From: Lachnospiraceae bacterium
GTDB lineage: Bacteria > Bacillota > Clostridia > Lachnospirales > Lachnospiraceae
Reading direction: 5' to 3'
Length of the DNA: 64,000 nucleotides
NCBI GenBank assembly: GCA_045125095.1
Contig: JBGVMW010000141.1
Coordinates: forward strand, 6,984 to 70,983
Positions 25,227 to 35,144 of the stretch are shown here, one piece after another. Each line of letters opens with the position of its first letter. The first letter of the stretch is position 1. The position numbers and the translations under genes were made by a program. The notes beneath the pieces are model-generated. The model was not told the DNA's origin, made no database searches, and saw only the letters and a list, made by a program, of their open reading frames with translations.

Positions 25227-26141
25227 ATGTCTTTTTCTGAAAGGAATGGTAAACGTATTCAAATTAACAAGTATTTCAGAGTTCTTCATGTAAATAAGAG
25301 TCTAAGCAAATATTCTATCCGGCCAGCACAGAACTGTGTGTTCCAAAAGAAGAGGACATCGTTTCATTTCTTCAATGCCAGTCTTACATTGGAGACGGCA
25401 ATCGTGCTTCCTTTATTCCTGTGTGCAATTCTAACAATCTTAAGTATAGCACTTGTTTTCTTGACAGAAATAAAGGTACAGGATGCGCTGATGCAGACAG
25501 CGGAGGAATTATCCTGGAGTGTGTCTGTTTTTACGGATGATTCAGCGAAGCAGAAAGACAGTTTGAAAAAATATGCATCAGCAAGAATGCTTCTATGTTT
25601 GAAAGATTCTGTTGTCAGCCATCCTGTAATTTCTAATGGAGCATTAGGGATTGATTATAGTAAGAGCACATACTTAGAGCAGAAGGAGGAAATTCATCTC
25701 GTTGCTGAATATGATGCAGTATTGCCGATTGCATTGTTTGGAAAGCGAACGTATGGAATTAGGCAGGAAGCAGTGACAAGAGCATGGGTGGGGAATAGAA
25801 CGAATGAGGAATATAGTAGTGACACGCAATATGTATACATTACAAAGTATGGTACCGTGTATCATTTGACAAAAGATTGCAGATATCTAACGAGAGAAAT
25901 ACAGTCTGTTAGGTCTACTGATTTAGTGAGTATAAGAAATGCAAAGGGAGGAATCTATAAATCCTGCCAGCAATGTGCGAAAGATATCCTGGTGGAGAAA
26001 CAAATTATTCTATATATCACGTTGTATGGTGAGAGGTATCATACAGATAAAAATTGCAGCACTTTAAAAAGATATATTCAAAAAATAAAGAAAGAGAATG
26101 TGGGAAATAAGAATTGTTGTAGTGTATGTGGAGGAGAGTGA
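25227..26141 (+). CDS. TadE-like pseudopilin-type protein with two C-terminal YH-x4-C...C-x2-C modules
   Basis: TadE-like N-terminus ASLTLETAIVLPLFL. C-terminal repeats are YITKYGTVYHLTKDCRYL...CQQC and YITLYGERYHTDKNCSTL...CSVC. Confidence 0.65.
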   Translation: MSFSERNGKRIQINKYFRVLHVNKSLSKYSIRPAQNCVFQKKRTSFHFFNASLTLETAIVLPLFLCAILTILSIALVFLTEIKVQDALMQTAEELSWSVSVFTDDSAKQKDSLKKYASARMLLCLKDSVVSHPVISNGALGIDYSKSTYLEQKEEIHLVAEYDAVLPIALFGKRTYGIRQEAVTRAWVGNRTNEEYSSDTQYVYITKYGTVYHLTKDCRYLTREIQSVRSTDLVSIRNAKGGIYKSCQQCAKDILVEKQIILYITLYGERYHTDKNCSTLKRYIQKIKKENVGNKNCCSVCGGE

Positions 26142-26147
26142 GTAGAT

Positions 26148-26576
26148 GTGGTAACGATTTGGTTAAGTGGTTTATTGACAATTGGTACCTGTTGTGATAT
26201 CAGAACGAGAAAGTTGCCTATGGCGTTACTTCTTATGGGAGGTATGTCGGGAATACTGTATCAATGTTTTGTAAATGGTATTGTTGGTATTACGCAGTTT
26301 AGTGGAATGATAGTGGGAATGCTCATGATTGGCGTAAGCACAATTAGCAAGATTGGAATGGGGCTAGGAGATGGTGTGTTATTTCTTGTGCTGGGAATGT
26401 TCTATCCATTTTTTCATATGGTAGAGTTGCTTACGAAGTCTTCCATTCTGGCTGGTGTATACGGATTGCTATTAATGGGATGTAGAAAGGGAAACTTGAA
26501 GACAGAATTGCCGTTTGTTCCATTTGTATTACTTCAATATATATTGTTACAGTTAATGAATGGTGGGAGCTGGTAG
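26148..26576 (+). CDS. A24-family prepilin peptidase, copy 2
   Basis: CCDIRTRKLP and GMGLGDGVLF Asp motifs in a polytopic 142-aa protein. Confidence 0.8.
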   Translation: MVTIWLSGLLTIGTCCDIRTRKLPMALLLMGGMSGILYQCFVNGIVGITQFSGMIVGMLMIGVSTISKIGMGLGDGVLFLVLGMFYPFFHMVELLTKSSILAGVYGLLLMGCRKGNLKTELPFVPFVLLQYILLQLMNGGSW

Positions 26577-26619
26577 CTTGCAGTTAGTATGTTGCCATAG
26601 TAGTGGATTGGAGGTATAT

Positions 26620-27042
26620 GTGAGAAAATGGATGAAAGGAAGTTATACAGTAGAAGCAGCGTTATTGCTTCCGGTGATTGTAATAGCATTATTGTCAATT
26701 CTTTATATTAGCTGTTATATGTATGATTGCTGTCTTGTTGAGAAATCCATACATGCTGTTACCCTGAGAGGTGTATGTTATCAGGGAAGTGACAAAAAAT
26801 GCAAAAAATATATGCAGAATGAATGGAAGAAATTAACGAATGATAAATTGTTAGGAAGCAAAGTAAGTGAAGTAGACATTACCGTAAATGCTGTTTATGT
26901 AAAAGTATCCTGTAAGACAGAATTTAAGCTGTCAGAATTGTACAAAAAAGCATTTTCTGATACTTATGAAGTCACTAGACTGCGAATAAGAGGAACTGAT
27001 TATATCAGAACCCAGTATATTATGAAGGAGGCACTGGATTGA
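26620..27042 (+). CDS. TadE-like protein
   Basis: N-terminus MRKWMKGSYTVEAALLLPVIVIALLSI. GTG 26620 lies 5 nt after GGAGG. Confidence 0.7.
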   Translation: MRKWMKGSYTVEAALLLPVIVIALLSILYISCYMYDCCLVEKSIHAVTLRGVCYQGSDKKCKKYMQNEWKKLTNDKLLGSKVSEVDITVNAVYVKVSCKTEFKLSELYKKAFSDTYEVTRLRIRGTDYIRTQYIMKEALD

Positions 27043-28208
27043 TTACACATTATCAGAGAGAATTGCAACATAATTATCTTATTTTGAAGGAAGAAAATAA
27101 AACAGAAGAAATGAAGTTGTGGGAAACAGATTATAGAATACCAATGCTTTCCAATAATAACGTGAATGGATTGTTGCCGACAAAGGTGCATTATGAAAAT
27201 GGTCAGGTTGAATTTTATTATGAAATCAGTTCTAAGCAATCATTAGACAGAATTGTAGAAAAAATTTCTATGGATTACACAAGGTTGAAGCGTTTGATAA
27301 AAGACGTAAAAAAGGTATTGCAGGAGTTAGAATTGTATCTTCTTCCGGAAGATGGATTGCTATTGCGACCAGAGTATATTTTTATGAATATGGATACCGG
27401 TCAGTATGATTTCTGCTATTATCCATGGTGGCATGAGTCAGCTAAGGTGGGCATGCATAAGCTATTGGAATATCTTTTGAATTATCTGAATTATCAAGAT
27501 AAAACAGGTGTGGCAGCTGCTTATGAATGGTATCGGTTAGCTGGAACAGAGAATTTTTCTATCAGGGAAATGGAAGTTTCATCGGCATTTCGGCCACAGG
27601 TGGAAATAAGAAAAGAAGATATATTTAAGGAAACCTCGGAAATGAAAGGTGAATATATGCCGGAGTGGACAGATGATGACACTGAGGAGAAACTAACACT
27701 AAGTGGAGGTTTGTTTCAGAAACTATTTAAAAAGAAAGAGCTATCTTATGAAAAAGAGGATATCATACAGGAGAGAGAAGAAACGAAAAATAGTATGCTG
27801 AATAAGGGGGAACCAGCAGTTGCTATCTGCGAGCCTTCTGGTACATATGGAACGGAACATAATACAACTATTCCAAGGGATAGTACAATGTTTTTGAATC
27901 AAGGTCTGCAACCTGTTACCAGGCGATTGGTGTGTAAAAACTCAGCAATGGAATCGGATTTTCTGTTGACAAAGTTTCCTTTTGTGATTGGTAAAGGAGA
28001 AGACTGGGCAGATGGTGTTTTGCAGAGTTGTTCCGTCAGTCGTATGCATGCCCAGGTTGAATGTGAGGAAGGGGAATATTATATCAGAGATTTGAATTCG
28101 ACCAATGGAACCTTTGTAAATGGCGAACTATTAGAAATGAATGAAATTGTAAAATTAGAAGTAGGAGACAGGATTTGCTTTGCAGAAATTGAATATGATT
28201 TTCTGTGA
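27039..28208 (+). CDS. FHA-domain protein (uncharacterised N-terminal domain, low-complexity linker, C-terminal FHA)
   Basis: FHA signature FVIGKGEDWADGVL....VSRMHAQVECEEGEYYIRDLNSTNGTFVNG. The TTG start lies 8 nt after GGAGG and overlaps the upstream stop. Confidence 0.85.
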   Translation: MITHYQRELQHNYLILKEENKTEEMKLWETDYRIPMLSNNNVNGLLPTKVHYENGQVEFYYEISSKQSLDRIVEKISMDYTRLKRLIKDVKKVLQELELYLLPEDGLLLRPEYIFMNMDTGQYDFCYYPWWHESAKVGMHKLLEYLLNYLNYQDKTGVAAAYEWYRLAGTENFSIREMEVSSAFRPQVEIRKEDIFKETSEMKGEYMPEWTDDDTEEKLTLSGGLFQKLFKKKELSYEKEDIIQEREETKNSMLNKGEPAVAICEPSGTYGTEHNTTIPRDSTMFLNQGLQPVTRRLVCKNSAMESDFLLTKFPFVIGKGEDWADGVLQSCSVSRMHAQVECEEGEYYIRDLNSTNGTFVNGELLEMNEIVKLEVGDRICFAEIEYDFL

Positions 28209-28276
28209 CTATTGACACCACTTTGCAGAAATGTTAAGTTAGATAAAGCATGTGGTTAAGTGAAGGAGCAGAAGTT

Positions 28277-29269
28277 ATGAAGATAAATATTTATTATGGT
28301 GGCAGAGGGGTATTAGATGACCCGGCTTTATATGTAATAGAAAAGATGGAGAAGGTCTTAGAGGAACTGAATGTACAGGTAGAGCGTTTTAATATATATG
28401 AGCAGAAACATAGCATAGAAACATTGCCTCAGACATTAAAGGATGCAGATGGTATTATCTTGGCGGTTACGGTAGAATGGCTTGGCATTGGTGGTTATAT
28501 GCAGCAGTTTTTAGATGCCTGCTGGTTATATGGTGACAAGGAAAAAATCAGTACATTGTACATGCTTCCCGTTGCCATGTCCATTACTCATGGAGAAAAA
28601 GAAGCTGCATTGACACTGATTAATGCATGGGAAATGTTAGGTGGTATGCCTTGCAGTGAATTGAGTGGGTATGTAGATGATTTACTGTCCTTTGAAATGA
28701 ATGAGCAGTATACAAGTCTGATTGAAAAAACAGCGGAAAATCTATATCGTTCTATTCGACAGAAATATCCGATGCTGCCTACCAGCAATCAGGCGGTGAA
28801 GAAATCGGTGTTACGTTCTAAGGGCATTGAATTGACACCACAGGAAAGTGAGCAGCTTTCCAAATATGCATCGGATGATTCGTATGTGAAGCAGCAGAAG
28901 GAAGATATACAGGAATTATCTAATCTGTTCAAAGGAATGTTAAGCAGACAGGAAACAGAGGCAGGAATGGAATATGTAAAAGATTTTGAATCTCATTTCT
29001 ATCCACAGGCAGACTTCAAAGCAACCTATCGATTCCAGATTACGGACAAAAAGAAAAATTATTTGGTTGAAGTAAATAATACGGATTTGAAATGCTACTA
29101 TGGTGCAAAGGATAACGTAGATGTGGATGCGAAGCTTTCAAGTGAAATGTTACAGACGATCATCCGTGGAAAAATGACCTTCCAAAGAGCATTTATGTCA
29201 GGGGAAATGACAGCAAAGGGAGATTTTCAATTGCTTCGTATGTTAGATCAGTTGTTTGTGTTTGGATAA
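28277..29269 (+). CDS. Flavodoxin-like-fold protein with a C-terminal SCP2 sterol-carrier-like domain
   Basis: The N-terminus KINIYYGGRG...DGIILAVTVEW is NAD(P)H-oxidoreductase/flavodoxin-like. The C-terminus MTFQRAFMSGEMTAKGDFQLLRMLDQLF is SCP2-like. Confidence 0.6.
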   Translation: MKINIYYGGRGVLDDPALYVIEKMEKVLEELNVQVERFNIYEQKHSIETLPQTLKDADGIILAVTVEWLGIGGYMQQFLDACWLYGDKEKISTLYMLPVAMSITHGEKEAALTLINAWEMLGGMPCSELSGYVDDLLSFEMNEQYTSLIEKTAENLYRSIRQKYPMLPTSNQAVKKSVLRSKGIELTPQESEQLSKYASDDSYVKQQKEDIQELSNLFKGMLSRQETEAGMEYVKDFESHFYPQADFKATYRFQITDKKKNYLVEVNNTDLKCYYGAKDNVDVDAKLSSEMLQTIIRGKMTFQRAFMSGEMTAKGDFQLLRMLDQLFVFG

Positions 29270-29289
29270 GAGATAGAGTATAGCGAAAA

Positions 29290-29420
29290 ATTTTTTATTA
29301 ACCTAACTGCACTGCCTATCTTGCTATTTGCGGCGTTGTCGTCAGTCTGCGTAGCCACCGCTACGCTTCCTCCCTCTGTCTTGCAGGGTGACAAAATATG
29401 CAGCGCAGTTAGGTTAAAGA
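29290..29420 (+). repeat. Repeat C copy 1: ~125-bp GC-richer palindromic element
   Basis: ATTAACCTAACTGCACTGC...TTTGCGGCGTTGTCGTCAGTCTGCGTAG...CTTGCAGGGTGACAA...GCAGCGCAGTTAGGTTAA. A second copy lies at 30378-30490. Confidence 0.8.
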
Positions 29421-29453
29421 TACATGTGTCAGTATGCGAGTCACAAGTAATCT

Positions 29454-30077
29454 TTACGGTGAAGGAAGTAATATTTGTATTGTAGTACCGACTTCCGGTT
29501 CAGATTGACAGGTTAGTTTACCGTTATGATTGTGAATGATTGATTGGCTTAATGGAAGTCCAAGTCCGCTGTGCTGTTCTTTTTCGCTGTAGAATGGTTC
29601 AAAGATGTGACTTTGAGTGACTTCTGTCATACCTTTGCCATTATCTTTAACAGTAATAACGTAGAAAGTATCCATTTGCTTTAAAGAAACATGAATGGAT
29701 TTTGCACCGGATTCATACGCATTTTTCAGCAATGAAACGAGCGCAATTTGCAGATATTTTCGGTTGCCCTGTACGGTGGCATTCTTCGTTATAGTTTTAT
29801 AAAAAACTGGGATAGGAATGTCTGCATTGTCAATACAGGTTTCTATCATATCGGATATCATACATTCTTTAAAATTTTCAGAGGAAGCATTAATAAAATA
29901 TGTGATCTGGTTTAAAATGTCTAGTATATAATGCATATCGTCATTTGCTTCAGCCCAATAACGATAATCCTTTACTTCGGGCATATCTTTTTCTAAGATT
30001 TGCAGTGAACTGTAAAGAAACGTCAGAGGATTTCTGAGCTGGTGAAGCATCTGGTGCATAAATACGGTATCATACAT
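29454..30077 (-). CDS. Minimal cytoplasmic orphan histidine kinase (DHp + CA only)
   Basis: H-box MLHQLRNPLTF, N-box LLKNAYESG, DNGKGM and GLGLPLSQ. There is no TM or sensor domain and no adjacent response regulator. Confidence 0.85.
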   Translation of the reverse strand: MYDTVFMHQMLHQLRNPLTFLYSSLQILEKDMPEVKDYRYWAEANDDMHYILDILNQITYFINASSENFKECMISDMIETCIDNADIPIPVFYKTITKNATVQGNRKYLQIALVSLLKNAYESGAKSIHVSLKQMDTFYVITVKDNGKGMTEVTQSHIFEPFYSEKEQHSGLGLPLSQSIIHNHNGKLTCQSEPEVGTTIQILLPSP

Positions 30078-30111
30078 AGTAGATTCATCTCCTTTGTTTG
30101 TGTTAGTGTAC

Positions 30112-30360
30112 TAGGCATTTGCGAAAGTGAAGCCCATCCGCAAATTGTCAGAATTGTTTGTGCAAATAGCTGCTTACTACATAATCTATATTTGACGCAC
30201 TCTCGCTTCCTTCAAACGTAGCGGACACTAAGGCTACAAAATACACAGCCTAAGTGCCGACGTTTTCAGAGGGTCACATATAGACTATGTAGCAAACAGC
30301 TATCTGTCACAAACAATTCTGACAATTCCCTAGCTTGTTGGCGTTTCGCAATTACTTATG
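30112..30360 (-). repeat. Repeat A copy 2 (inverted relative to copy 1)
   Basis: It is the reverse complement of 8117-8365 with few mismatches. It is flanked by the direct repeat TGTTAGTGTAC at 30101-30111 and 30359-30369, and ends 34 nt before the kinase start codon. Confidence 0.85.
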
Positions 30361-30377
30361 TTAGTGTACGGATACAT

Positions 30378-30490
30378 TTATAATTAACCTAACCGGACTG
30401 ACTGGTCCACTGTTTGCGCTGTTGTCATCAGTCTGCGTAGTCGCTGTTCTGCCTTGCAGAGTGACAATATATGTAGCATAGTTATTTCAA
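30378..30490 (+). repeat. Repeat C copy 2
   Basis: ATTAACCTAACCGGACTG...TTTGCGCTGTTGTCATCAGTCTGCGTAG...CTTGCAGAGTGACAA. It has an internal deletion relative to copy 1. Confidence 0.75.
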
Positions 30491-30757
30491 ATATGATGTA
30501 TTAGTATACTAATGTACTGCGATGTTTACGCAGTAATGTAAGTGTTTATGGGAAAAATGTAGCAAATAATAAGGATTTATGCAAGAAAAAGCGTAAGACA
30601 AACTTCGACGGCGTCTGAGCTGTGTAAAGGAGATTTTCGACAAGCGAAAAATAAGTTGCATAAAAAAGCGTATCGGTGCTATCATAATTTATGATTGATG
30701 AAATGTATTTGTCAAAAAAACGAAAAAAATGTAAAAAAGTTTATGGAGGAAATCAGA

Positions 30758-31162
30758 ATGGATAATTGTATTTTCTGTAAGATAGCAAAGGGAGAGATTC
30801 CATCTGCAACCATCTATGAAGATGAAATGGTAAGGATGATTTTAGATATTAATCCGGCATCGAAAGGGCACGCCCTTATATTACCGAAGCAGCATTACGC
30901 AAATGTATATGAGATTGATGAAGATACTTTAACACATATTATTAAGATTGCTAAAAGAGCAGGAACCCAGATGCAGGCTGCATTGAATTGTGATGGTTTG
31001 AATATTCTGCAGAATAATGGGGAAGCAGCCGGACAGACTGTATTCCATTTCCACATGCATGTGATTCCACGTTATGAGAATGATACTGTGTCTGTACAAT
31101 TAGGAAATGGGATTCTGAATGATGACGATAAAGAGGAATTAGTGAAGAAGTTAAGTTTTTAG
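30758..31162 (+). CDS. HIT-family (histidine triad) protein
   Basis: CIFCKIAKGEIP and the histidine triad HFHMHVIP. Confidence 0.9.
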   Translation: MDNCIFCKIAKGEIPSATIYEDEMVRMILDINPASKGHALILPKQHYANVYEIDEDTLTHIIKIAKRAGTQMQAALNCDGLNILQNNGEAAGQTVFHFHMHVIPRYENDTVSVQLGNGILNDDDKEELVKKLSF

Positions 31163-31276
31163 TTAGAATGCAGATTATTTAAAATAAAAAAGGAAGGCTA
31201 ACCAAATAGCCTTCCTTTTTTATATACGAGGAAATGACAACACTTTATTGTAAAAAGTAATACATGAAATATACCA

Positions 31277-32344
31277 TTATTTTTTCACAACGCTCTCAAT
31301 TAATTCCACAATCATATCAATGGGATTGCTCATAGAGCTATTTCCCATTGCACGAATATAAGAATCTCTATCCTTGTAAACATTGCGAACTGCATCTAAT
31401 AACTGCTCGTCAGTCAATGTATCTTCATCAAGAACTACACTATAACCCTGTTCTTTAAAAGACCGGGCATTTAAAATCTGATCGCCACGGCTCTGGGAAG
31501 CAGGAAGCGGAATTAATATGTTTGGCTTTTTAAGGCTTAATAATTCACAGATAGCGTTGGCACCGGCTCTGGAGATTACGACATCTGCCAACGCAAACAT
31601 ATCCGCTAATTCATCTTTGATATATTCATACTGTACATAACCCGCTACGCCGGTCAGAGAAGTATCTAATTTATCCTTACCACATAAGTGGATTACCTGA
31701 AAGTCTTTTAATAATTCAGGCAGAATTTTTCGTACGGCAACATTTACAGCGTTGGCGCCTAAGCTTCCACCAATAATTAAGACAACAGGCTTTCCGTTAT
31801 TTAAGCCAGTGAATGAAATAGCTTTTGCGGCAACGCCTTCCGCTAATTCTTTTCGGATTGGAGAACCGGTCAGTACTGCTTTTTCGGCAGGGAGATATTT
31901 CATGGTCTCCGGGAAATTACAGCATACCTTTGTGGCAGATGGAATGGCTAATTTATTTGCCAGACCCGGTGTCATATCCGATTCATGAATAATAGCAGGA
32001 ATGTGGCATGTCTTAGCGGCCAGTACCACAGGAACACTGACAAATCCACCCTTGGAAAAAACAATGTCCGGCTTTAAGGATTTCATAAGCTTTACCGACT
32101 GTGCATATCCCTTCATAACTTTAAAAGGGTCTGAAAAATTCTTAATATCAAAATAACGGCGCAGCTTACCGGAACTGATTCCATAATAGGGAATGTCCAT
32201 TTCTTCAATTAATTTTCTCTCGATTCCTTCATGGGAACCAATATATTGTATGTCATAACCAGCTTCTCTAAGCTTTGGCATCAATGCAATGTTGGGTGTG
32301 ACATGTCCGGCAGTACCGCCTCCGGTTAATACGATTCGTTTCAT
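31277..32344 (-). CDS. murG: Undecaprenyldiphospho-muramoylpentapeptide beta-N-acetylglucosaminyltransferase MurG
   Basis: LTGGGTAGHVTPNIAL and GGSLGA...ISRAGA motifs. Confidence 0.93.
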   Translation of the reverse strand: MKRIVLTGGGTAGHVTPNIALMPKLREAGYDIQYIGSHEGIERKLIEEMDIPYYGISSGKLRRYFDIKNFSDPFKVMKGYAQSVKLMKSLKPDIVFSKGGFVSVPVVLAAKTCHIPAIIHESDMTPGLANKLAIPSATKVCCNFPETMKYLPAEKAVLTGSPIRKELAEGVAAKAISFTGLNNGKPVVLIIGGSLGANAVNVAVRKILPELLKDFQVIHLCGKDKLDTSLTGVAGYVQYEYIKDELADMFALADVVISRAGANAICELLSLKKPNILIPLPASQSRGDQILNARSFKEQGYSVVLDEDTLTDEQLLDAVRNVYKDRDSYIRAMGNSSMSNPIDMIVELIESVVKK

Positions 32345-32375
32345 GGTTCTACCCTGCAATTCCTTTCTTAAAATA

Positions 32376-32618
32376 TTATAATGTAGACTTTAATGCCTTT
32401 GCTAACTGGTCTGGACATGATGTTCCTCTACCGCCGCAATTTACGCCCTCTAAGCGCTGGATAACATCTTCTACCCTCATACCTTCCGCCAAGCGGGAAA
32501 TTCCTTGCGTATTACCGTTGCAACCGCCAACAAACTGGACTTTTTTTATAATACCATCCTCGACATCAAAATTAATTTTCATAGAGCAAACGCCCTGTGG
32601 TGTATATGTCTGCATCAT
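32376..32618 (-). CDS. TSCPD-domain small protein (TIGR03905-like)
   Basis: 80 aa with I..V.F.GGCNGN.QGI..L..G........L.G..CG.RGTSCPDQLA. Confidence 0.72.
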   Translation of the reverse strand: MMQTYTPQGVCSMKINFDVEDGIIKKVQFVGGCNGNTQGISRLAEGMRVEDVIQRLEGVNCGGRGTSCPDQLAKALKSTL

Positions 32619-32936
32619 GTTTATGCCCTCCTGTGTATATGTATCGTATAATGGTTGATAAATCTAAGTATATCAAAAAAAGCATATGCAATCCACTATT
32701 ATTTTATGATTTTTCCGGCACATTTTTTGATGCAGAAAATAAGAAGATTTGTCTAATCTTCGGGGCGAAATATGAAAATCAGGTCAATTGCTGTAACTAT
32801 ATGTAAATTGGATGAAAACCCTGTAAAACCAGGGCAATTTTTGTAAAACGGTTTTTCTTTTCTTATGGAAAATAATACCGTATACTATGCGAGTACGGAA
32901 TAGTTACAAGTGAGTTTAGAAAGGAAAGTGGATATA

Positions 32937-33659
32937 ATGGAACAATATATTGCTATGTGTACAGATTGGATGAATAGGGGATATGTGGTGTATGTCATTT
33001 TAGGGGTGGCATTTGCCGGATTCTTAAGTCGGTTTATTGCCGGAGCAGTGTATGACAGTCTTATGAAGGACACAGAAAATTTTGCAAAGGCGAAGGGGAA
33101 ATTTGTAAAGCAGGTAAAGCTCAAATATGAAAACAGCTACAAGCTCAACTTAAGCATACACAATAATGATGCTTTTGTGGACAAGCTTATGGCAAATTAC
33201 AAACTATGTGGAATTAGTCTTCATGGATTCCGGAAAGCATCTGGAACGCTGGGGTTATTCTGTGTGATTTTACTTGGTTTTCAGGCGGCGATTGGTGGAG
33301 TGGCAGGACTTAGTATGGCGGAGCAGTTATGGAATGCATTACATGGTATGATTGCGCTGATATTGCTGTTGTTTTCCTGTCGCATTATTGATTTAAATTA
33401 TAAACATCAGGTGGTGCGAACCAATCTTTTAGATTATTTAGAAAATTCATTGAAAAACCGTATGGTGCATGAGTATGCCAATGTGCTTGTAGTGGAGGAA
33501 GGTAAGCAGGTAGAGCCGGAGACAGCCATGACACCGGATATTCCACTTATGAAAGAGCAGCTTTCTAAGGTAAATGAAAAGGCAGAAAAAGGCAGAAAGA
33601 AGGATTTGGCAGAGGAAGAAGCGGTGATACAAGAAATTTTAAGTGAATTTTTTGCATAA
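32937..33659 (+). CDS. Hypothetical membrane protein
   Basis: 3-4 hydrophobic segments and a Lys/Glu-rich C-terminus. No family recognised. Confidence 0.5.
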   Translation: MEQYIAMCTDWMNRGYVVYVILGVAFAGFLSRFIAGAVYDSLMKDTENFAKAKGKFVKQVKLKYENSYKLNLSIHNNDAFVDKLMANYKLCGISLHGFRKASGTLGLFCVILLGFQAAIGGVAGLSMAEQLWNALHGMIALILLLFSCRIIDLNYKHQVVRTNLLDYLENSLKNRMVHEYANVLVVEEGKQVEPETAMTPDIPLMKEQLSKVNEKAEKGRKKDLAEEEAVIQEILSEFFA

Positions 33660-33782
33660 AATTTTTGCTAAAAAAGAGAAGACTCTTGAATATCCATGGG
33701 AGATTTGTTAAAATATGGACTAAATGGTGTCATTGAAAACCAGTCTATTAACATGTTATTTATGGAAAAGGAGAAACGCAAA

Positions 33783-35129
33783 ATGGCAAAAGTATCATTC
33801 GATTACTCAAAAGCAAGTGCATTTATCAGAGATGATGAAGTACAGTATATGAAGAAGTTAGCATTGGATGCAAAAGAAACTTTAGTATCAAAATCCGGTG
33901 CAGGTAACGATTTCTTAGGATGGATTGATTTACCGGTTGATTACGATAAAGATGAATTCGAAAGAATTAAAAAGGCTGCACAGAAGATTCAGTCTGATTC
34001 TGAAGTATTAGTTGTAATCGGTATCGGTGGTTCTTATCTTGGTGCAAGAGCTGCAATCGAGTTCTTAAGACACAGTTTCTATAACAATGTGCCGAAGGAA
34101 GTGCGCAAGACACCTGAAATCTACTATGCAGGTAACAGCATTAGCGGAACATACTTAAAGCACTTATTAGATGTAATTGGAGACAGAGATTTTTCTGTTA
34201 ATATTATTTCAAAATCTGGTACAACAACAGAGCCAGCAATTGCTTTCCGTGTATTTAAGAAGAAATTAGAGGAAAAATACGGTAAGGAAGAAGCTGCTAA
34301 GAGAATTTATGCAACAACAGATAAGGCAAAAGGAGCATTAAAGAACTTAGCAACAGAAGAAGGCTATGAGACATTTGTTGTTCCGGATGACGTCGGAGGA
34401 CGTTTCTCTGTATTAACAGCTGTTGGTTTATTGCCAATCGCAGCAAGTGGTGCAGATATTGATAAATTAATGGAAGGCGCAGCTTCAGGAAGAAAGAAAG
34501 CATTAGAAGCAGATTTTGAAGAAAATGATGCATTACAGTATGCTGCTATCCGTAACATCTTATTAAGAAAAGGAAAGAGCATCGAAATCGTAGCAAACTA
34601 TGAGCCAAGCTTCCATTATGTATCTGAGTGGTGGAAACAGTTATACGGCGAGTCTGAAGGTAAAGACCAGAAAGGTTTATTCCCGGCAGCAGTTGACTTA
34701 ACAACAGACTTACACTCTATGGGACAGTTCATTCAGGACGGCGCAAGAATCATGTTCGAGACAGTTCTGAACTTAGAATCTTCCAGAGAGCAGGTTCTCA
34801 TTGAAGAAGAAGCCGTAGACTTAGATGGTCTGAACTACTTAGCTGGAAAAGACCTTGATTTCGTAAACAAGAGTGCTATGAACGGTACGGTATTAGCCCA
34901 CACAGACGGTAATGTACCAAACTTAATGGTAAATATCCCAGAGCAGAATGAATTCTACTTAGGTGAATTATTCTACTTCTTTGAGTTTGCATGCGGTGTA
35001 AGTGGTTACTTATTAGGTATCAATCCATTTGACCAGCCAGGTGTAGAAAGCTACAAGAAGAACATGTTTGCACTTCTTGGCAAGCCAGGCTTCGAGGCTC
35101 AGAGAGAAGAGTTATTAAAGAGACTGTAA
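33783..35129 (+). CDS. pgi: Glucose-6-phosphate isomerase (Firmicute short type)
   Basis: [11 protein letters not shown]..., [21 protein letters not shown] and GGRFSVL. Confidence 0.95.
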   Translation: MAKVSFDYSKASAFIRDDEVQYMKKLALDAKETLVSKSGAGNDFLGWIDLPVDYDKDEFERIKKAAQKIQSDSEVLVVIGIGGSYLGARAAIEFLRHSFYNNVPKEVRKTPEIYYAGNSISGTYLKHLLDVIGDRDFSVNIISKSGTTTEPAIAFRVFKKKLEEKYGKEEAAKRIYATTDKAKGALKNLATEEGYETFVVPDDVGGRFSVLTAVGLLPIAASGADIDKLMEGAASGRKKALEADFEENDALQYAAIRNILLRKGKSIEIVANYEPSFHYVSEWWKQLYGESEGKDQKGLFPAAVDLTTDLHSMGQFIQDGARIMFETVLNLESSREQVLIEEEAVDLDGLNYLAGKDLDFVNKSAMNGTVLAHTDGNVPNLMVNIPEQNEFYLGELFYFFEFACGVSGYLLGINPFDQPGVESYKKNMFALLGKPGFEAQREELLKRL

Positions 35130-35144
35130 TTTTATAAAGTACAA

